Assembly: GCA_040954595.2 (NCBI GenBank)
Contig: CM082591.2
Coordinates: 7,802,047 to 7,866,046, forward strand
DNA from: Balanoglossus misakiensis
Lineage: Eukaryota > Animalia > Hemichordata
Reading direction: 5' to 3'
DNA length: 64,000 nucleotides
Of this stretch, positions 38,085-51,700 are shown in pieces. Position numbers and translations under genes: made by a program. Under the pieces are notes generated by a model. That model did no database searches and had not been told where the DNA came from. It was given only the letters and a program-made list of their open reading frames with translations. The number at the start of each line of letters is the position of its first letter. The stretch's first letter is position 1.

Positions 38085-38529
38085 AATTGTAATGTGAGAA
38101 ACGATAGATATGATAGAACGAGGAGAAGTTACAGAGATAGAGACAGAAAATAGAAAATGAGTTATGGGAAGTGAAGGCGACGTAAAGGTTGAAATCTGAA
38201 CTCGCACTTTGTTCCATTCTTCACTGTAAATGATTCAATATACCGCTGATTAAATGTTTTCTAAGCATGAATAGTCTCCTGTTTATTGTACGAATGTGCA
38301 CGTTGGATAGATGCATTATATTTGGTAAAGCTAAGAAACAAGGATTTTGTGAAACTTATCCAGGAAAGGCGTGACTGGGGGAAGGACCCTGTATTCTAAT
38401 TACATTCCTTCCTGTTAACCAGGCGGGGTTTTCACCCCATGCCATGTAGGTTAATAAGAGCTGAATACCATCCCAGAATTTGATACTGGATAAAGATCAA
38501 CCCTAGTGAAATGTTCTGTCCCGTTGTAG

Positions 38530-40728
38530 GTATACACCCCTGACATTCCAGAATGGGAGAAGGCGATACACCTGGACCCGAATGACGCCTATCTTGAACA
38601 CCTGTCAAGGGAAGTTAAATATGTTGCTTGGAACGGTTCTGCAGCGCCCTCATCGGTGATACCCCATCCGAAACACGTATTAGATAACGGACTGCGAGTA
38701 TCGGCTAAACAGCTAAGATTTCGAGACCCAGATTATTTTCTAGCCGGAGGGGTTCATACACAGAAAGAAAAAATGGTTTGGTATACTTAAAGATCACGAT
38801 AACGACAGACAAGTGGGGAGGTGGATAGAGAATGGGGTATCAGTCTTTGACTTCATCAAACCCTTTAGTGGCGAAATATGTGGTGTTGATTATGATTGTA
38901 GCTTTCCTCCAAGTAAATACCTCCCTAACAATCCGAATGGTCGTGGATATAAGGATTTTATTTCATCTACGATACTGGATAGAATCAAATCCGGGGCCCT
39001 GGAAATTTGGGGCAGAGTTGGCAAGGTACCACCACCCTATATTGTAATGCCGCTAATGATCGAACCGACAAAACCCCGACTCTGTCACGATCAGAGATAT
39101 TTAAATAATTGGATCAAAGACATGCCTTTCAAATTGGAACTGTCACTAATCTGCCTAGGTACATGGGGAAAAATCACTACCAGACAAAAATAGATGACAA
39201 GAGTGGTTATGACCATGTACATTTATGTTTTTCAAGTAGAGCCCTAATGGGGATACAGTGGGGTGGATTTTGGTACGTACCAACGACCCTCCCATTCGGC
39301 TGGAAATGTTCGCCATACATATACTAAACAATAGGCTTATCTGCAATGAATGAAGTTCGGAGATGTGGTGTACCGTCTAATCTTGATATCGATGATAGAC
39401 ATGCAGGGCAACTGGTAATGAATCACGGTATGAGTGACTTCGAGAAAGCAGAGGCTGCCTGTTTCATAATGTGTTATGTTATGATAGAGTTGGGCTACAC
39501 ACTTGGGCTAAGTAAATGTATTCTCCAACCAACGCAAATTTTAGAGTATCTAGGTTTTGGTGTGGACACTCAGAGGATGGTTTTTACGATACCAGAACCA
39601 AAAAAGCACAAGTTTGGAAAGCTTAGAGAATTTCTACTTAATAAAAGAAAGAGTGTCAGTGTTACCACCCTTCAACGTTTTCTGGGAAAATGTGTTTCAT
39701 TCACCTTGGCGGTACCAGTAGCAAGATTATTTGTGAGAAGGGTTGCCAAAGCCATAGCTACAGCACATAGCAGTAGCTCACAGATACCACTAACCGGGGC
39801 CCTACGTAAAGAGATAGCAGATTGGAGGAGAATTGATACCGGCAAGGATTGGGCGCGATGGAGATTAATGGAGAAACACGTAGAAATCTCGCTAGTAAGT
39901 GATGCCTCACTGGGAGGATGAGGCGGTATTGTACGTACATCGGGAAGGGAAACAGTTGGCGACTATTGGCCCCATGGGTTGAGAAAAAAATCTATCGCAT
40001 ATAAGGTAGTCATAGCACTTTAAAATGTTCTTAGTGCCCATAGATATATAGTTAGTAACACTAGGGTTAAGGCACAGGTGGATAATAAAGTTGCAGTGCA
40101 CGACTGGAAGAATATGGGCACACGAAGTATGGAGGTTAATGATGCATTGTACCAACTGTACGAGATGGTGGATGACCTAAACATCATACTTGACATTGAC
40201 TATATTGCATCGGCTGACAACCCTGCTTGCGGTCCATCACGTAGACTGTCAGCGATGGATGCTCACCTCCTCCCGATATATTGGGATCGAGTAGAAAATG
40301 AATTTGGTGATATCATACAGTAGATTTAATGGCCCTTGACTCCAATGTACAGAAAAATAGGGACGGGCGCCCCTTAAAACATTACACACCATGGAGGACT
40401 CCCAACTCATCAGTTGTTGATGTATTCACACAAAGCCTACAAGGGGAAAATTGTTATGCATTCCCACCATTTAAAATGATTGGCCCCGTACTTAAATTTC
40501 TACTGACAGGACGAACGAGCGTTGGTGTCCATGATCGTACCACAACTGTCGCCATGTTTATATTGGTGGCCTATAGTAGAAAATCAGGTTCTAAGGATGA
40601 TCAAAATAGCACGTGCAGGAGATAAAGTCTGGGAGGTTCCCACAAAAATGGGCTATTGGGAACCAGTGCCAGCCCTGTACGATGTCTGGCTCTGCCGTTT
40701 TCATTTCGGCTTTCAACAATACGGCTGA
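38530..40728 (+). pseudogene. DIRS RT-RNase H-methyltransferase-like ORF, disrupted
   Basis: LRFRDPDYF, KPRLCHDQRYLN, DDKSGYDH, LPFGW, DIDD (mutated YxDD), SDAS, DNPA.GPSR, DLMALDSN, YAFPPF; several stops and frameshifts. Confidence 0.9.
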
Positions 40729-41045
40729 ATGTGGAATACAAATAATATTATAATGAAAGTACAGGAACGCATCTCATTAAAACGAGATATAACGAAATTA
40801 TGAAGATGAAGTGGAAAATGTTACAGGGAAGGGGTTTAGAATATTAAATAACCAATGTATGACGACACAGTGTGATCATTGGTGTATAATTGTAGACAAA
40901 CTTGTAGAAATAGCATGTGTTGTGACAATGTACCAAATGTTCCAAGCGGCTACCACATGCGTTCCGAAAGATAGTGTTTGTTAAATAATAAAGATGTATT
41001 ACCAATAGTACTCATTGTCTTGTTTTCATGATAATTTGTTAACAG

Positions 41046-42826
41046 AGGGACATGCTGATGGTAGGTACCCCACGACTATGGTTACCGGCAGAGCAATGTA
41101 GGGAATGCCACTACCCAAATGATGTTAACTTTAACTTCTGCCAGCAATGTGTAACAAGACGTCTTGCTGACGTCTGTGAGGCAGAGCGCCCTCAGCCTTC
41201 ATCAGTTGATATTGAAGCCCTCGATACGAGAATAGCAGAACTTCAAGGGAAACTTCAAGCGACGCCATATACACAGCGAAAGTCTCAACTTCAATCCGAG
41301 TTCGAAGTATTCCTTGGAAGTATTGAACCCCCAAAGACGATTACCTCAGCTACACCGAAAGATGTGCTTAGATTCCTTGTGTGGAAAGATAAGAGCGGTC
41401 GTACTGACTAGTACATGATGGACCCTGCTCACGTTCAGACCCATGCCTGTGTCCGAACCGACTCGCCTTCAAAACAGTGGATTCATATATCGGCCAACTG
41501 AGATCAATCTTTGAAAAGGAGGGTAGAAGTGGTGAATGGAATGCTTGGTTTGGTTTTGGAAACCCAGCTGCTGATAAGACAGTTAAACAATACTTAAAGA
41601 TAGTGACGGAGGAACAAATGAAACAGAATCTAATACCAAAGCAGGCAATTCCTAAAACAACAGAAACAGTTGAGAATATAGTTAATTATTATACATCTGG
41701 CACCGAGAACAATAGAATTTAGCGTGCAATAAAAAGCCGTACGGAACGGTACGTACGGAACGTGTGTTAAATAAGCCTTTAGTTTCAAGGCGCCCCAACT
41801 CACTGTGTACAGGTATGCGTTGTTATGCGGACGGTTTCAAGACACCCCCACTCCAAAGCATGTAAACAAAAAGAAAGATGGCTGCTCACTGAGTCAACTG
41901 AGCGGTTTTCGATCGATTGTATCGGCATTTTGAAAGCCAAGTAACATGCAACACAAGAACTAACGGAGATGTAAGATGTATAATAATAAGGTTATTACGA
42001 ATATACCGCAAAGTATGTACTCGGACATTAGCGCAGCGCATCGCCCTCCGCTACGTGTCGGGCGATACTCGGCGCTAATGTCCTCGTGCAAACTTTTTGC
42101 AGTATTTTCGTAATAACCTCATAGTATATCAACTCGCAACTAGAAAGGTTTCCAAATATCGACCCATGCCATGCATATATATTGGCAAGAGACAGGGCTT
42201 TGTTTCTTACATTGCTATTCACAGGGAGCAGAGCAGGAGATTTGCTAATTGTTAACACAGATAACATAATAAATCTACCTAATGGCGGGCTCCTTATCAA
42301 TCATGTATGGGGTAAAACTCTACGAGATGGTAAAACGAGACCTTGTGCGATTTTTACGAATGAAAATACTTTAATATGCCCCGTTACAGCACTGACTGAG
42401 TATGTTGAAATGACACAATCACTTAGTATCAGTCTCAACCCAGGTTTTCTCTTTCGTTCAACTACTAGAGATGGGAAAATAGAAAATATTTCTTTGTCAA
42501 CCAATGCCGCCAATTCTAGGTTGAGATTTTACTGTGGAAAGATAGGAATGTACCAGGGGGAGACTGTACACAGTTTCCGTAGTGCCTGTGCCATCGCGTT
42601 GGCCATGTTAGGATCATCAGTACCAGAGATAATGCAACATGTAGGGTGGTCGCAGGAGTCCACTGCTTCATATTACATGCAAATGTCTAAAGTCATGCTC
42701 CCATTCTCTCCCGCGGTACGACTACAACAAGAGGCAGTGGCAGATGTACACGGTGTATATAAAACATGTAACGAACTACAGGGGGCCTCAGTGGCTTTCC
42801 CCTCGACGGAGCATAAGTTTCAATAG
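41046..42826 (+). pseudogene. Zn-ribbon + ALOG domain + tyrosine recombinase, disrupted
   Basis: CRECHYPND..FCQQC; FLVWKDKSGRT-VHDGPC..CLCPNRLAFKTVDSYIGQLR..GNPA; catalytic TGSRAGDL, HSFR, HVGW, YY; frameshift near 41410 and insertion 41690-42127. Confidence 0.9.
41690..42127. mobile_element. Small non-autonomous insertion (Helentron-like) splitting the recombinase
   Basis: Removing it restores in-frame VNY|INSQLER; terminal hairpin arms AGGTTATTACGAATATACCGCAAA (~41990) and TTTGCAGTATTTTCGTAATAACCT (~42119). Confidence 0.7.
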
Positions 42827-43654
42827 GAACCAAGTTTTAGGACCAATGAATTGACGGATATCAGTCAAAAGGAGATGTTTTGAAAGCGTTATAATTGCGT
42901 ACATAAGTGAATAAACGCAGAAGCCATCCCAAAGAATCCTGACAATATGTTCATATTAAGACGGTGTCAATCGGTATGGTAAATTTAGTGGCCAGGAAAA
43001 GGAAAAGTGTGTATGTATATGTGTGGGGTGCGTGGGAGGAAATGGGTCGATGATGAGGATTGGAGAGAGGTGTGTCCTTGAATATGTAGATATTAGGAAA
43101 ATATCGTAGAGGCACGAGACACTCGACCATTCCACTCCTTAATCAATCAAGACACCACTACGCAGTGTAGATAGGGAGCTATCTATACTGAGTAGTGATT
43201 GGCTAACCAAAATGAATATGCATAAGATGGTATATATAAGGGGGCTACCCAGGGTACCATGAGTGCCTTATCACAGCGTTGTGGGACAGATAGCGCCCTC
43301 CCTCCCACCCGAGGTTACGCATCCAAGATTATGGTATATCATTCAGCAAGTTGTGATGACGAGCGAGGAAAACACACGCCGTCACCGTGGTCAACATCCG
43401 ACTCAACAGAAGACACTCGACCATTCCACTCCTTAATCAATCAAGACACCACTACACAGTGTACATGTAGATAGGGAGCTGCGTACTCTACCGGTATACT
43501 ACGTGATATGACATGATTGTAAAGCAGCTCCCTAAAGGTCAAATGAGGTCACAGTCAGTGTAAAGCCAGGCCACAACATGAAGGATTAAATATTAACCAT
43601 AGTCTGCATGTTGCATCATGTCCTACTGTGATTGACAGAATAGTTGGTGCTTAA

Positions 43655-44042
43655 AGGAATTATTACACCTATTTTTATTTCATTTGAGTGTTAAACATTC
43701 ATTTAGTAAAAGAACCTTTTTATCCAAATCAAGACATTATATTTTGGCTATGGTTTTCTATAATTAAAATCGTCGAAATTCATGACGCTCATGCAGAAAA
43801 ATTCTCAATTCGTATTTGCCGCATATAGACCACGTGACATGACGTCATTGGGGGAAGTCGTTGCCAGTATGTAAACAGTGATATCGTTGCACAGCCTAGC
43901 CCAAAGCGAGAGTCCCGCGTTTCCATCATTATGGTCAAACGATGCGTTGTCGGGGGCTGTAAAAACACTATCCGTAGTGTACATAGATTTCCGAAAAGCA
44001 AAGGACTGAGAGAAAAATGGGAGCGCTTCGTACAAAACGGCC
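43655..44042 (+). mobile_element. Left end of a THAP-encoding (Kolobok-like) DNA element, truncated
   Basis: Begins after TTAA; ATG 43931 gives MVKRCVVGGCKNTIRSVHRFPKSKGLREKW, the N-half of a THAP domain, cut off at ~44042. Confidence 0.55.
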
Positions 44043-44372
44043 AAATGCCACACATGCGCCTCCTTAAAGAAACTGCCGGACAGCCTAGCTGAGCAAACAA
44101 CTGAAGACTCCCCAGAAGTTGTTGGTATTAACTACGCGGCTGATGTCCTCAAGCGCAGTCGACAACTCATCCTTGTCCTCAGAGGAACTACAACTTCTTA
44201 CACATCAACATGCATCATCGAGAACGAAAACCATGTCACACTTCGTGACGGCCTTGCACGTATATGCATAGAGCTACGTCCACTAGACGGCCCACATGCC
44301 ATCATTCACGTTGACCCTGCACCAGGATTCATGGCACTCGGCAATGATGAAACTCTCCACCATGCATTTGCG

Positions 44373-45559
44373 CATGGACGTAAAAAGAGAAGGACTTAGG
44401 ACTGTCCATTGAGCTATTGTTCAGGTGATGGTTGCCGCCGCTCCGTTATCTCCTAATACTCCGTAATACTTTAATCGGATTATACCCGTAATTTATTCAA
44501 GAGTGGGTTCGGGTACTATATTCGGTACTGTTCGGGTGTTTCCGTTGGAGTCAAGTGATCATATAAACATCAGGCTGCATGGAACGCGCATGTGCGTGAC
44601 CTTTGACTTTGAACCATCGAGGAGATTTGGCCCGTATGCACCAAATCTACGCTGAAAAAAACATGAATTGCGTCTTTGGCCAAGCTGGTAGCTCTTGTCA
44701 TGTAGTCCACAAATTACAACATACATTAAAGGTTTTATGCCGATCGAACAGATATTGTAGGCACCGTTTGGTTTACCGGCAATTCCACTCGAAGTCGACG
44801 ATTGTGGACGCGATCATTTAACGTGTAATCCTATGGCGATAAAGTAACCGCACATCGCGAAAATTGGCAAAATCCGAACGTGGATAACGAAAATGGCCAT
44901 GTGCTTCTGCCTATAAGACGCACATTTTCTGAAAGTTTATTGCTTCGTCTCCACTTTACTGCAAAAATTAGACGTAGGACCCTTGTACTTTTAACGTGAG
45001 AGTGATTTTAAAATGTCTTGTTTTTGAAAATGCTTTGATGGTTTACGTGTAATCCTATGGCGATAGAGTAACCGCACTTCGCGAAAATTGGCAAAATCCG
45101 AACGTGGATAGCGAAAATGGCCATGTGCTCCTGCATATAAGACGCACATTTTCTGAAAGTTTATTGCTTCGTCTCCTCTTAAATGCAAAAATTAGACGTA
45201 GGACCCTTGAACTTTTAAAGTGAGAGTGATTTTAAAATGTCTTGTTTTTTTAGCATGCTTATAAAGATCGGTTCGCCATTTGGTCAAATATGCGTCGATT
45301 TTTTCTGTTTTTACTTCTTTATGTCCGTTACATCGAGACAAAAAAATGGTGATAATTTTACAGTAATTTACCACTTCTTTGTGACTTAAACAGCAAGTTT
45401 TCGTGAGTACTGCTGAGAGTACCCGAGGGGGTGTGTCACTGCGTACGTTGACACCGGCAACGGTCACCCAACGTCAAAGGACAGCGTAGACAAAGCGAAT
45501 ACAATAGGTGTGAATGGGCTTAAGCAGCAGTCCTAAGTCCTTCTCTTTTTACGTCCATG
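44373..45559. mobile_element. Non-autonomous P-element-like transposon
   Basis: 32-bp TIR CATGGACGTAAAAAGAGAAGGACTTAGGACTG, 7-bp TSD ATTTGCG; internal ~225-bp tandem duplication. Confidence 0.8.
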
Positions 45560-45732
45560 ATTTGCGCATATGCATCGATATAGGCTGCATAAAGAACCCC
45601 ACCAAAAACCCAGTTGCAGAAAAAGCCATCTAAGAACGGGAAGATTAGAGCTCCTTCGCCAAGAACCTGGTGGCGATTCTGTCAGTCCACTTAACCTGGC
45701 TATAGCTACAGCACGCCTCAACTCCCGCATTA

Positions 45733-46946
45733 GGGACCGTTCAGTTTTTACGGCAGGGGGAGGGGCGGCAAGTTTGTGTCATCGGTTTTCAAAATCAGGC
45801 CGACCCCCCCCCCTTCACCCAGCCCCAAAAAATTATGACCCCCCCCCCTTTGACAGACCCAAAACTATGATGACCCCCCCCCCCCACGCCGAAAACATTC
45901 GCCGTCCTGATCCTATGTATACACTGTATGCAATAAAGGGAATGGGGCTCCTCACCCCTCAATTATAAATTTCTTAAAGTAATTGAATTATTTAATAATA
46001 TCGTTGCAATAAAGAAATCTATGAACAAAATAAAATGACAAGTCAATACAATAGTTGCTAGAATTGGTAAAACAAGAAAAATGGCGGGTGTGGGCGTGGG
46101 AGGGGGTGTCCCCCTCCCACGCCCACACCCGCCCACATAAGAAAATTTTGTAAAATACGGTGCTCAAAGTTGCATTTTAATGAACTCAAAAGCAAATAAA
46201 GTCAATGTTAGGCAGGACGAATTTTGATTTTGCCACTCCACTCAAAGTAAGCATAGGGGTGGGGTGGGAATAAGTCTGCCCTGGTACACTAGACAAACCA
46301 GCGGATAAATGATATGTTGCATAGAATGTAGGGGGTGGGTGTGGGGGTGTCCCCCTCCCACATAAGAAAATGTTGTAAAATATGTAGCTCAAAGTTGCAT
46401 TTTTATGAACTCAAACGCAAATTCATCTCGATGTTTGGGAGGACCAATTTTATTTTTTGCCATTCCACTCAAAGTTAGAAGATTTGGCGTCATCTTCGTC
46501 ATGACATCATTTATAAAACTTCCAGCATATAGAAGATGCAGCACGAAACTATCAGTTATGCAAAATGGTTTAAACGTCTATTCTCCTTTATGTATTAACT
46601 TTGTTAAATATATCATCAGTGGGTTTGGGGTGGCAAGCACTCTGCCCTTGTAGAATAGTCAAACCAGCAAAAATCGATATGTTGCAAAGAATGTAGGGGG
46701 TGGGTGTGGGAGGGGGTGTCCCCCTCTGACATTAGAAAATTTTGTAAAATAAAGGGCGCGAAACTGCAATTTTGTGGACTCAAAAGCAAAAGTTTGGTGG
46801 CAAAAGTATGTGACCCCCCCTAAACGTTTAAAAAAAACAGATGACTCCCCCTCCCCTTTTGGACTTCAAAATTCAAGTGACCCCCCCTGGATTTTGCCGC
46901 CCACCCCCCTTCCCCCCCCCCCCGGCCGTAAAAACTGAACGGTCCC
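45733..46946. mobile_element. PIF/Harbinger-like non-autonomous element, copy 2
   Basis: Same TIR and body as 15128-16289; TTA TSD. Confidence 0.9.
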
Positions 46947-48204
46947 TTAGGAGCCGTGGTTTATCTGCCCGGGAAATGCTGACACAGCGAAACCAGTTCA
47001 CCAATGACCAGATCCCACTTTCTGATCGTGAACTGATTAGCAAACAACATAAACAGCGCATTATCAACCACCCGTACAGCCAGCTATCCAAGTCCAGAAA
47101 CAAAACTGCCCACCAGAATGACATCAAGGTTGGCGAATTAGTGTATTTGCATGCAGATCGCAGTAAATCACGTGCTCGTAGCCGATACTTGTCGCCATTG
47201 ATGGCGATTGGTACTTCATCAGGAAATTTGCTGGATCCCAACTTTGTGCATCTTCTTACAAGATCAAGATCAAGCTCAGCGAGTGTTACAGTGTACCCTG
47301 GGTTATTACATATACAACAAGTACCAGTAGAATTATTTTCACACATAAATTGATAAATCGCCTTCATCCTTTCGGATGCAACGGAGATCTGATGGAAAGT
47401 GGACCGCTCATCATAACTTTCAGACAGCTCCATGTCAAACTTCATGAAAAAACGAGTAAAAATTCTCCAAAACGACTCAAATTTGGATTATTCATATTTG
47501 TTACATGAAGCGACTGTAGACTGAAATATTTTTTTTTCCAAAATGAGCTTTGTAAATGTGGAAAAAAGAACCAAAGATTTGATTGTGTACATACCAAGTT
47601 GACGGAATGCATTCAATTTCAAATAGTCTTGTTTCAAAATCCCTATAAAGAAAATGTAAAAATAATTCAAAACAGCCTTAATTTATTTTGTCAACACTCA
47701 GTACATGTAGCGACTGCACCTACAATTAATTTCTGTTCTTAATTTTTCTTCAAAATGTGGAAAATAACTCCAAAAATTATGAAAGTGACATTGGTTCAGT
47801 GTGAAGTTTGTTGCCATGGCCATAACATGTAGTTATATACATGTACAGTTATTCTACGTGATTGACAGATTGATACTGTGGAAGGGCAGTGGAGCCTGGA
47901 AGGTCAAAGGAGGTCACACCGCGACAATATGTATGGTTTAAATGTTAACTATACTATAGGGTACATTAACACCATGTCCAAATATAATAGACAGAATAGC
48001 TAAACCTTAATCTAAATTCTGTTATCATTACTTAAAGGTGTGTGATCACAATCTATTCTTTGGCACCTTGTTATCTTATCAAATATTTGCAGTGTGCAGA
48101 CCACAGTTACCAGCAGCATTATCATTGTATTTGTAAAGTTTAGGTTTGAAATGATCCATCAAAAGTGTTCTTGGGAGAAATATGTTGAAATGTCAATCAT
48201 TACT

Positions 48205-50863
48205 CAGGGCTCGAATTTAAATTTTTTGAGTGGTATCCTACTTGGGCTACCATTTCCCAAAGTTGGTAGCCATAATTGGTAGTCCACAAATATCGCCACA
48301 TTATACAGTTCATGTGACACTAGCACTTCTAACTTTGTACTAGTCATGTGGAAACTGGTGGTCGTCAATGCATTTTGATCACAATGGAAAATTTGGTAAT
48401 ACAGTGGTTCCCTGCCGGTATGTCTTATGTCAGAGTACAGTACTACACACTACGCTCGGCCAGCTGGTCGGCCTCAAAGATTATTGACTAATATGTTGCA
48501 AGTATTTTTATCAACATACTCAAATGACCTAATCAAGATATGCAAATTAGGTAAAGACACACTCAAAAGAGCAGAGGACGCAGTTTGTGGTTTCATTGCG
48601 TCCCCAGAGCCCAAGCAATTGCAAGGAAATAATTAAAGCTGCAAGCAGCATTGAATGGGCCCAAGCATAGAGTGAATAACCATTAGACTCCATTCAGGGT
48701 TGTACCATTCAAATGCGTAGGCTGTATTTGCTCTCGATGTTGAGATATGGGGAAGTAGGCAACCACCCGAAATGCATGTCCTACAAGTACAAACACAACA
48801 ACCAAAGGTGAACTTCTACGTTGTTAGTACTTCAGTAAGTACTTCAAAGGTCCGCTGAGGGTACCCAAAATTGGGCCAAAAATTAGGATTCTTATTTGGT
48901 TCATATTCAAGACAACGGAAAATCCTCGCCCTTTGGGTTTGTCAAATTAGATATGCTAGGCCATAATAATGAGTTTCTCAAGTAAGTTACAGGTGGCCCC
49001 AGGAATTTAGCATTTCATGACGCAGAGGGTCCTACCCTACCCCTCCAAACACCTGGCTATATATGATGTGCATGCTAACATATGGAAAGCAGGTCAATGG
49101 ACACCTGAGGTCACCCAAAAATTTGACAAAAAATTTTCATTCCTGTTTATGTCATGTGCAACAAATCCTACATTTGCATCCCTTTCACTTTGCCTACCAT
49201 AAGGTATGCACGTAATACATGAATCAAACAGGTGTCACAGGTATCCCCCTGTATTTGGCATTTCATGATAGTTTCATCCCTCCAAATACCAAAGCTGCAC
49301 CTGTACAACGTGCTGAGATATGGCACTGTACGACAGAGGTCATCCAAATCAGCTTATACATTTCGGCAAAAAGCAACTGACGTCTCTGTGGAACAAAAAC
49401 CACACATATCGCCCTGTTGGTTAGTGTAAAATTAAATGTACAAAATCAATGACTTAGGCAGGTGCAACAGGTGACCCCAACTTTGGTATATCATTATGGT
49501 CCCAACCGTATATCCCCCCCCCCCACGCCAAAGCTGCATGCATCTGTGAAATGTCACCCACAACTTGACAGGAAAATCGGACTTCATATTGATCCATGTG
49601 CAACAAATACCACGCTAGCATCCCTTTCATTGACCCCACAATTACACATGCACATAATTGAGTTACGCAGGTGTCACAGGTGACCCCCGAATCGGGCGTA
49701 TTATTTTGGGACCATACAGCTGCATGAAGCTGCGTGCCATTACGGGCGACCTGATAACCCCCACGGCCACCTGCGGGCCGAACCCCATACTGACCGTCCA
49801 GTTGCAACGTCACGACTGAAGTAGGAACTTTTGAACGGCAACAAAGCCTGATTTCTGATTATTGTCTGATTATTATACTCCCTTCGTGCAATAAAATCAC
49901 TGGTCTGCTTACGTATTTCGGCCAATTTCCCGAACTACTATCCACTACATGTGACTACCATGCTAATGAAACCTCCCACAACATTAGCGACTGAGGGTCA
50001 AAGTCCGCTGCCGCATTACATTGAATGTTAACCAGTATAGCCCGGTCTGTGTAGACACATTTGAACGGCAACAGCTAACAAACTCAGCATAATTCAATAA
50101 AACGCCCTAACACAGCCTGAACTCCTATAATGTGTTGTCCCAAAATTCATTCCGTGGAAAAAAATCACTGGTCTGTTTACGTATTTCAGCCGATTTTCCA
50201 AGGACTACTGCAACCCGCCAGAAGTGAGTACCCTGCTAATGAGATCTCCACAACATTACGTAATGACGGTTAAAGTCCGATGCCCTAGTGTTCGTCCTCA
50301 GCCCACCAAAAAATGCGAAAAATATTACAAAAATCTTCTTCTCAAAATCGACATGGCCTAGGACCTTGAAATTTGGCACAGGGGATTTTGGTCATATGGT
50401 ATACAAAGTTTGAGAAAAGAATTTAAATGCCGCCATTAACTTGCAAATTAGGTCAATTTGAAAATTTCAGTCGATTATAGCCACCAAGTCACGTGACTAA
50501 TTACAAATTCAAAGGGCAGGTGCACCAGTACTCATGGGCCCCAACCACCGTGCCAAGTTTCATAGGCGTAGGTCCAGGGATTTTTGAGAAAAACGGGAGC
50601 AAAAAAAAGGCTCAAGAAAAAAGAAGAAATACTCCAGCAATAACAGAAGGGGCCCAAGCGCCTGAGGGCACTTGGGCCCTTAAAAAAACAAGTGCAGCCA
50701 CTGAAGCTCGCTAATGATACTGCGATCAAAGCACAGCACATTGTACGGACTGAAAATTTGTGGTAGGCCGAGTGGGCTACCAAAAATTGGAAAATGGTAG
50801 CCCCAAGACAGGTTTTTGGTAGCCCCTGGCCCTGGGGCTATAGCCCGTTGATTTCGAGCTCTG
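48205..50863. mobile_element. hAT-like element with 5-bp TSD (hAT5-type) carrying a nested insertion
   Basis: TIR CAGGGCTCGAA / TTCGAGCTCTG, subterminal GGGCTACC/GGTAGCCC motifs, TTACT duplicated. Confidence 0.7.
48633..50681. mobile_element. Helentron/HINE-like non-autonomous element nested in the hAT-like element
   Basis: AAAGCTGCAAGCAGC...GGGCCCAAG at one end; terminal palindrome GGGCCCAAG-N12-CTTGGGCCC at 50650-50679. Confidence 0.55.
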
Positions 50864-51460
50864 TTACTTATTTATCAAAATTGACCTCCAGTGCATTTAA
50901 AAATAAGTGACATTCTTTCATTTTCATGTCTGGAAGGTAGCATATGTGACAGCATTAAAAAAATTGATAAAAAATAAAGTTGCTTTCATTATTATTTCCA
51001 AGCTTCAGTATTAATAAATCATATATGTGGCCAGATCAATTAATTCAAATCAATCAAAATCGCGTCAAGGACACAGTGGTCCCATTGAGGGAATACACAA
51101 GAAAAAGTCTACACCGGAGTACATGGACATATACAGACAGACAGACACACACACACACACACACACACACATAGCAAGAGATCAATGGGAAAGCACTGAC
51201 TGACACATAAGCTGCCAATGGCATATGTACTGTACATACACTAAATAGAACAGCTGGCCTCTTTAAAACTTAGCCAGTCATGTAATCATTCAGGAATTTG
51301 CTTTGTATATAAACAACTCAATAAAGTAAATACACACCACTTCGCAAAGCAAGCTGACCTGTAGTTCTTGAGTTACTGAGTTTTGACCAAATTCAAATTT
51401 TTTCCAGCTAATTTGCATATTTTTGGCAATGACAACTTCATTTGAACAAACTCCCATCTA

Positions 51461-51700
<240 letters not shown>

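Larger units (their letters stand above)
37042..43480 (+). mobile_element. PAT-like DIRS (tyrosine recombinase) retrotransposon of the ALOG-domain type, degenerate
   Basis: Split direct repeats A1 37042-37148, B1 43117-43180, A2 43184-43290, B2 43411-43480; RT, RNase H, methyltransferase-like and YR coding remnants. Confidence 0.92.
44043..47300 (+). pseudogene. Gypsy-like integrase remnant interrupted by two MITEs
   Basis: CHTCASLK, YAADVLKR..LILVLR, DPAPGF, KNPVAEKAI, ATARLNSRI|RSRGLSAREM reads through once 44373-45559 and 45733-46946 are removed. Confidence 0.75.
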
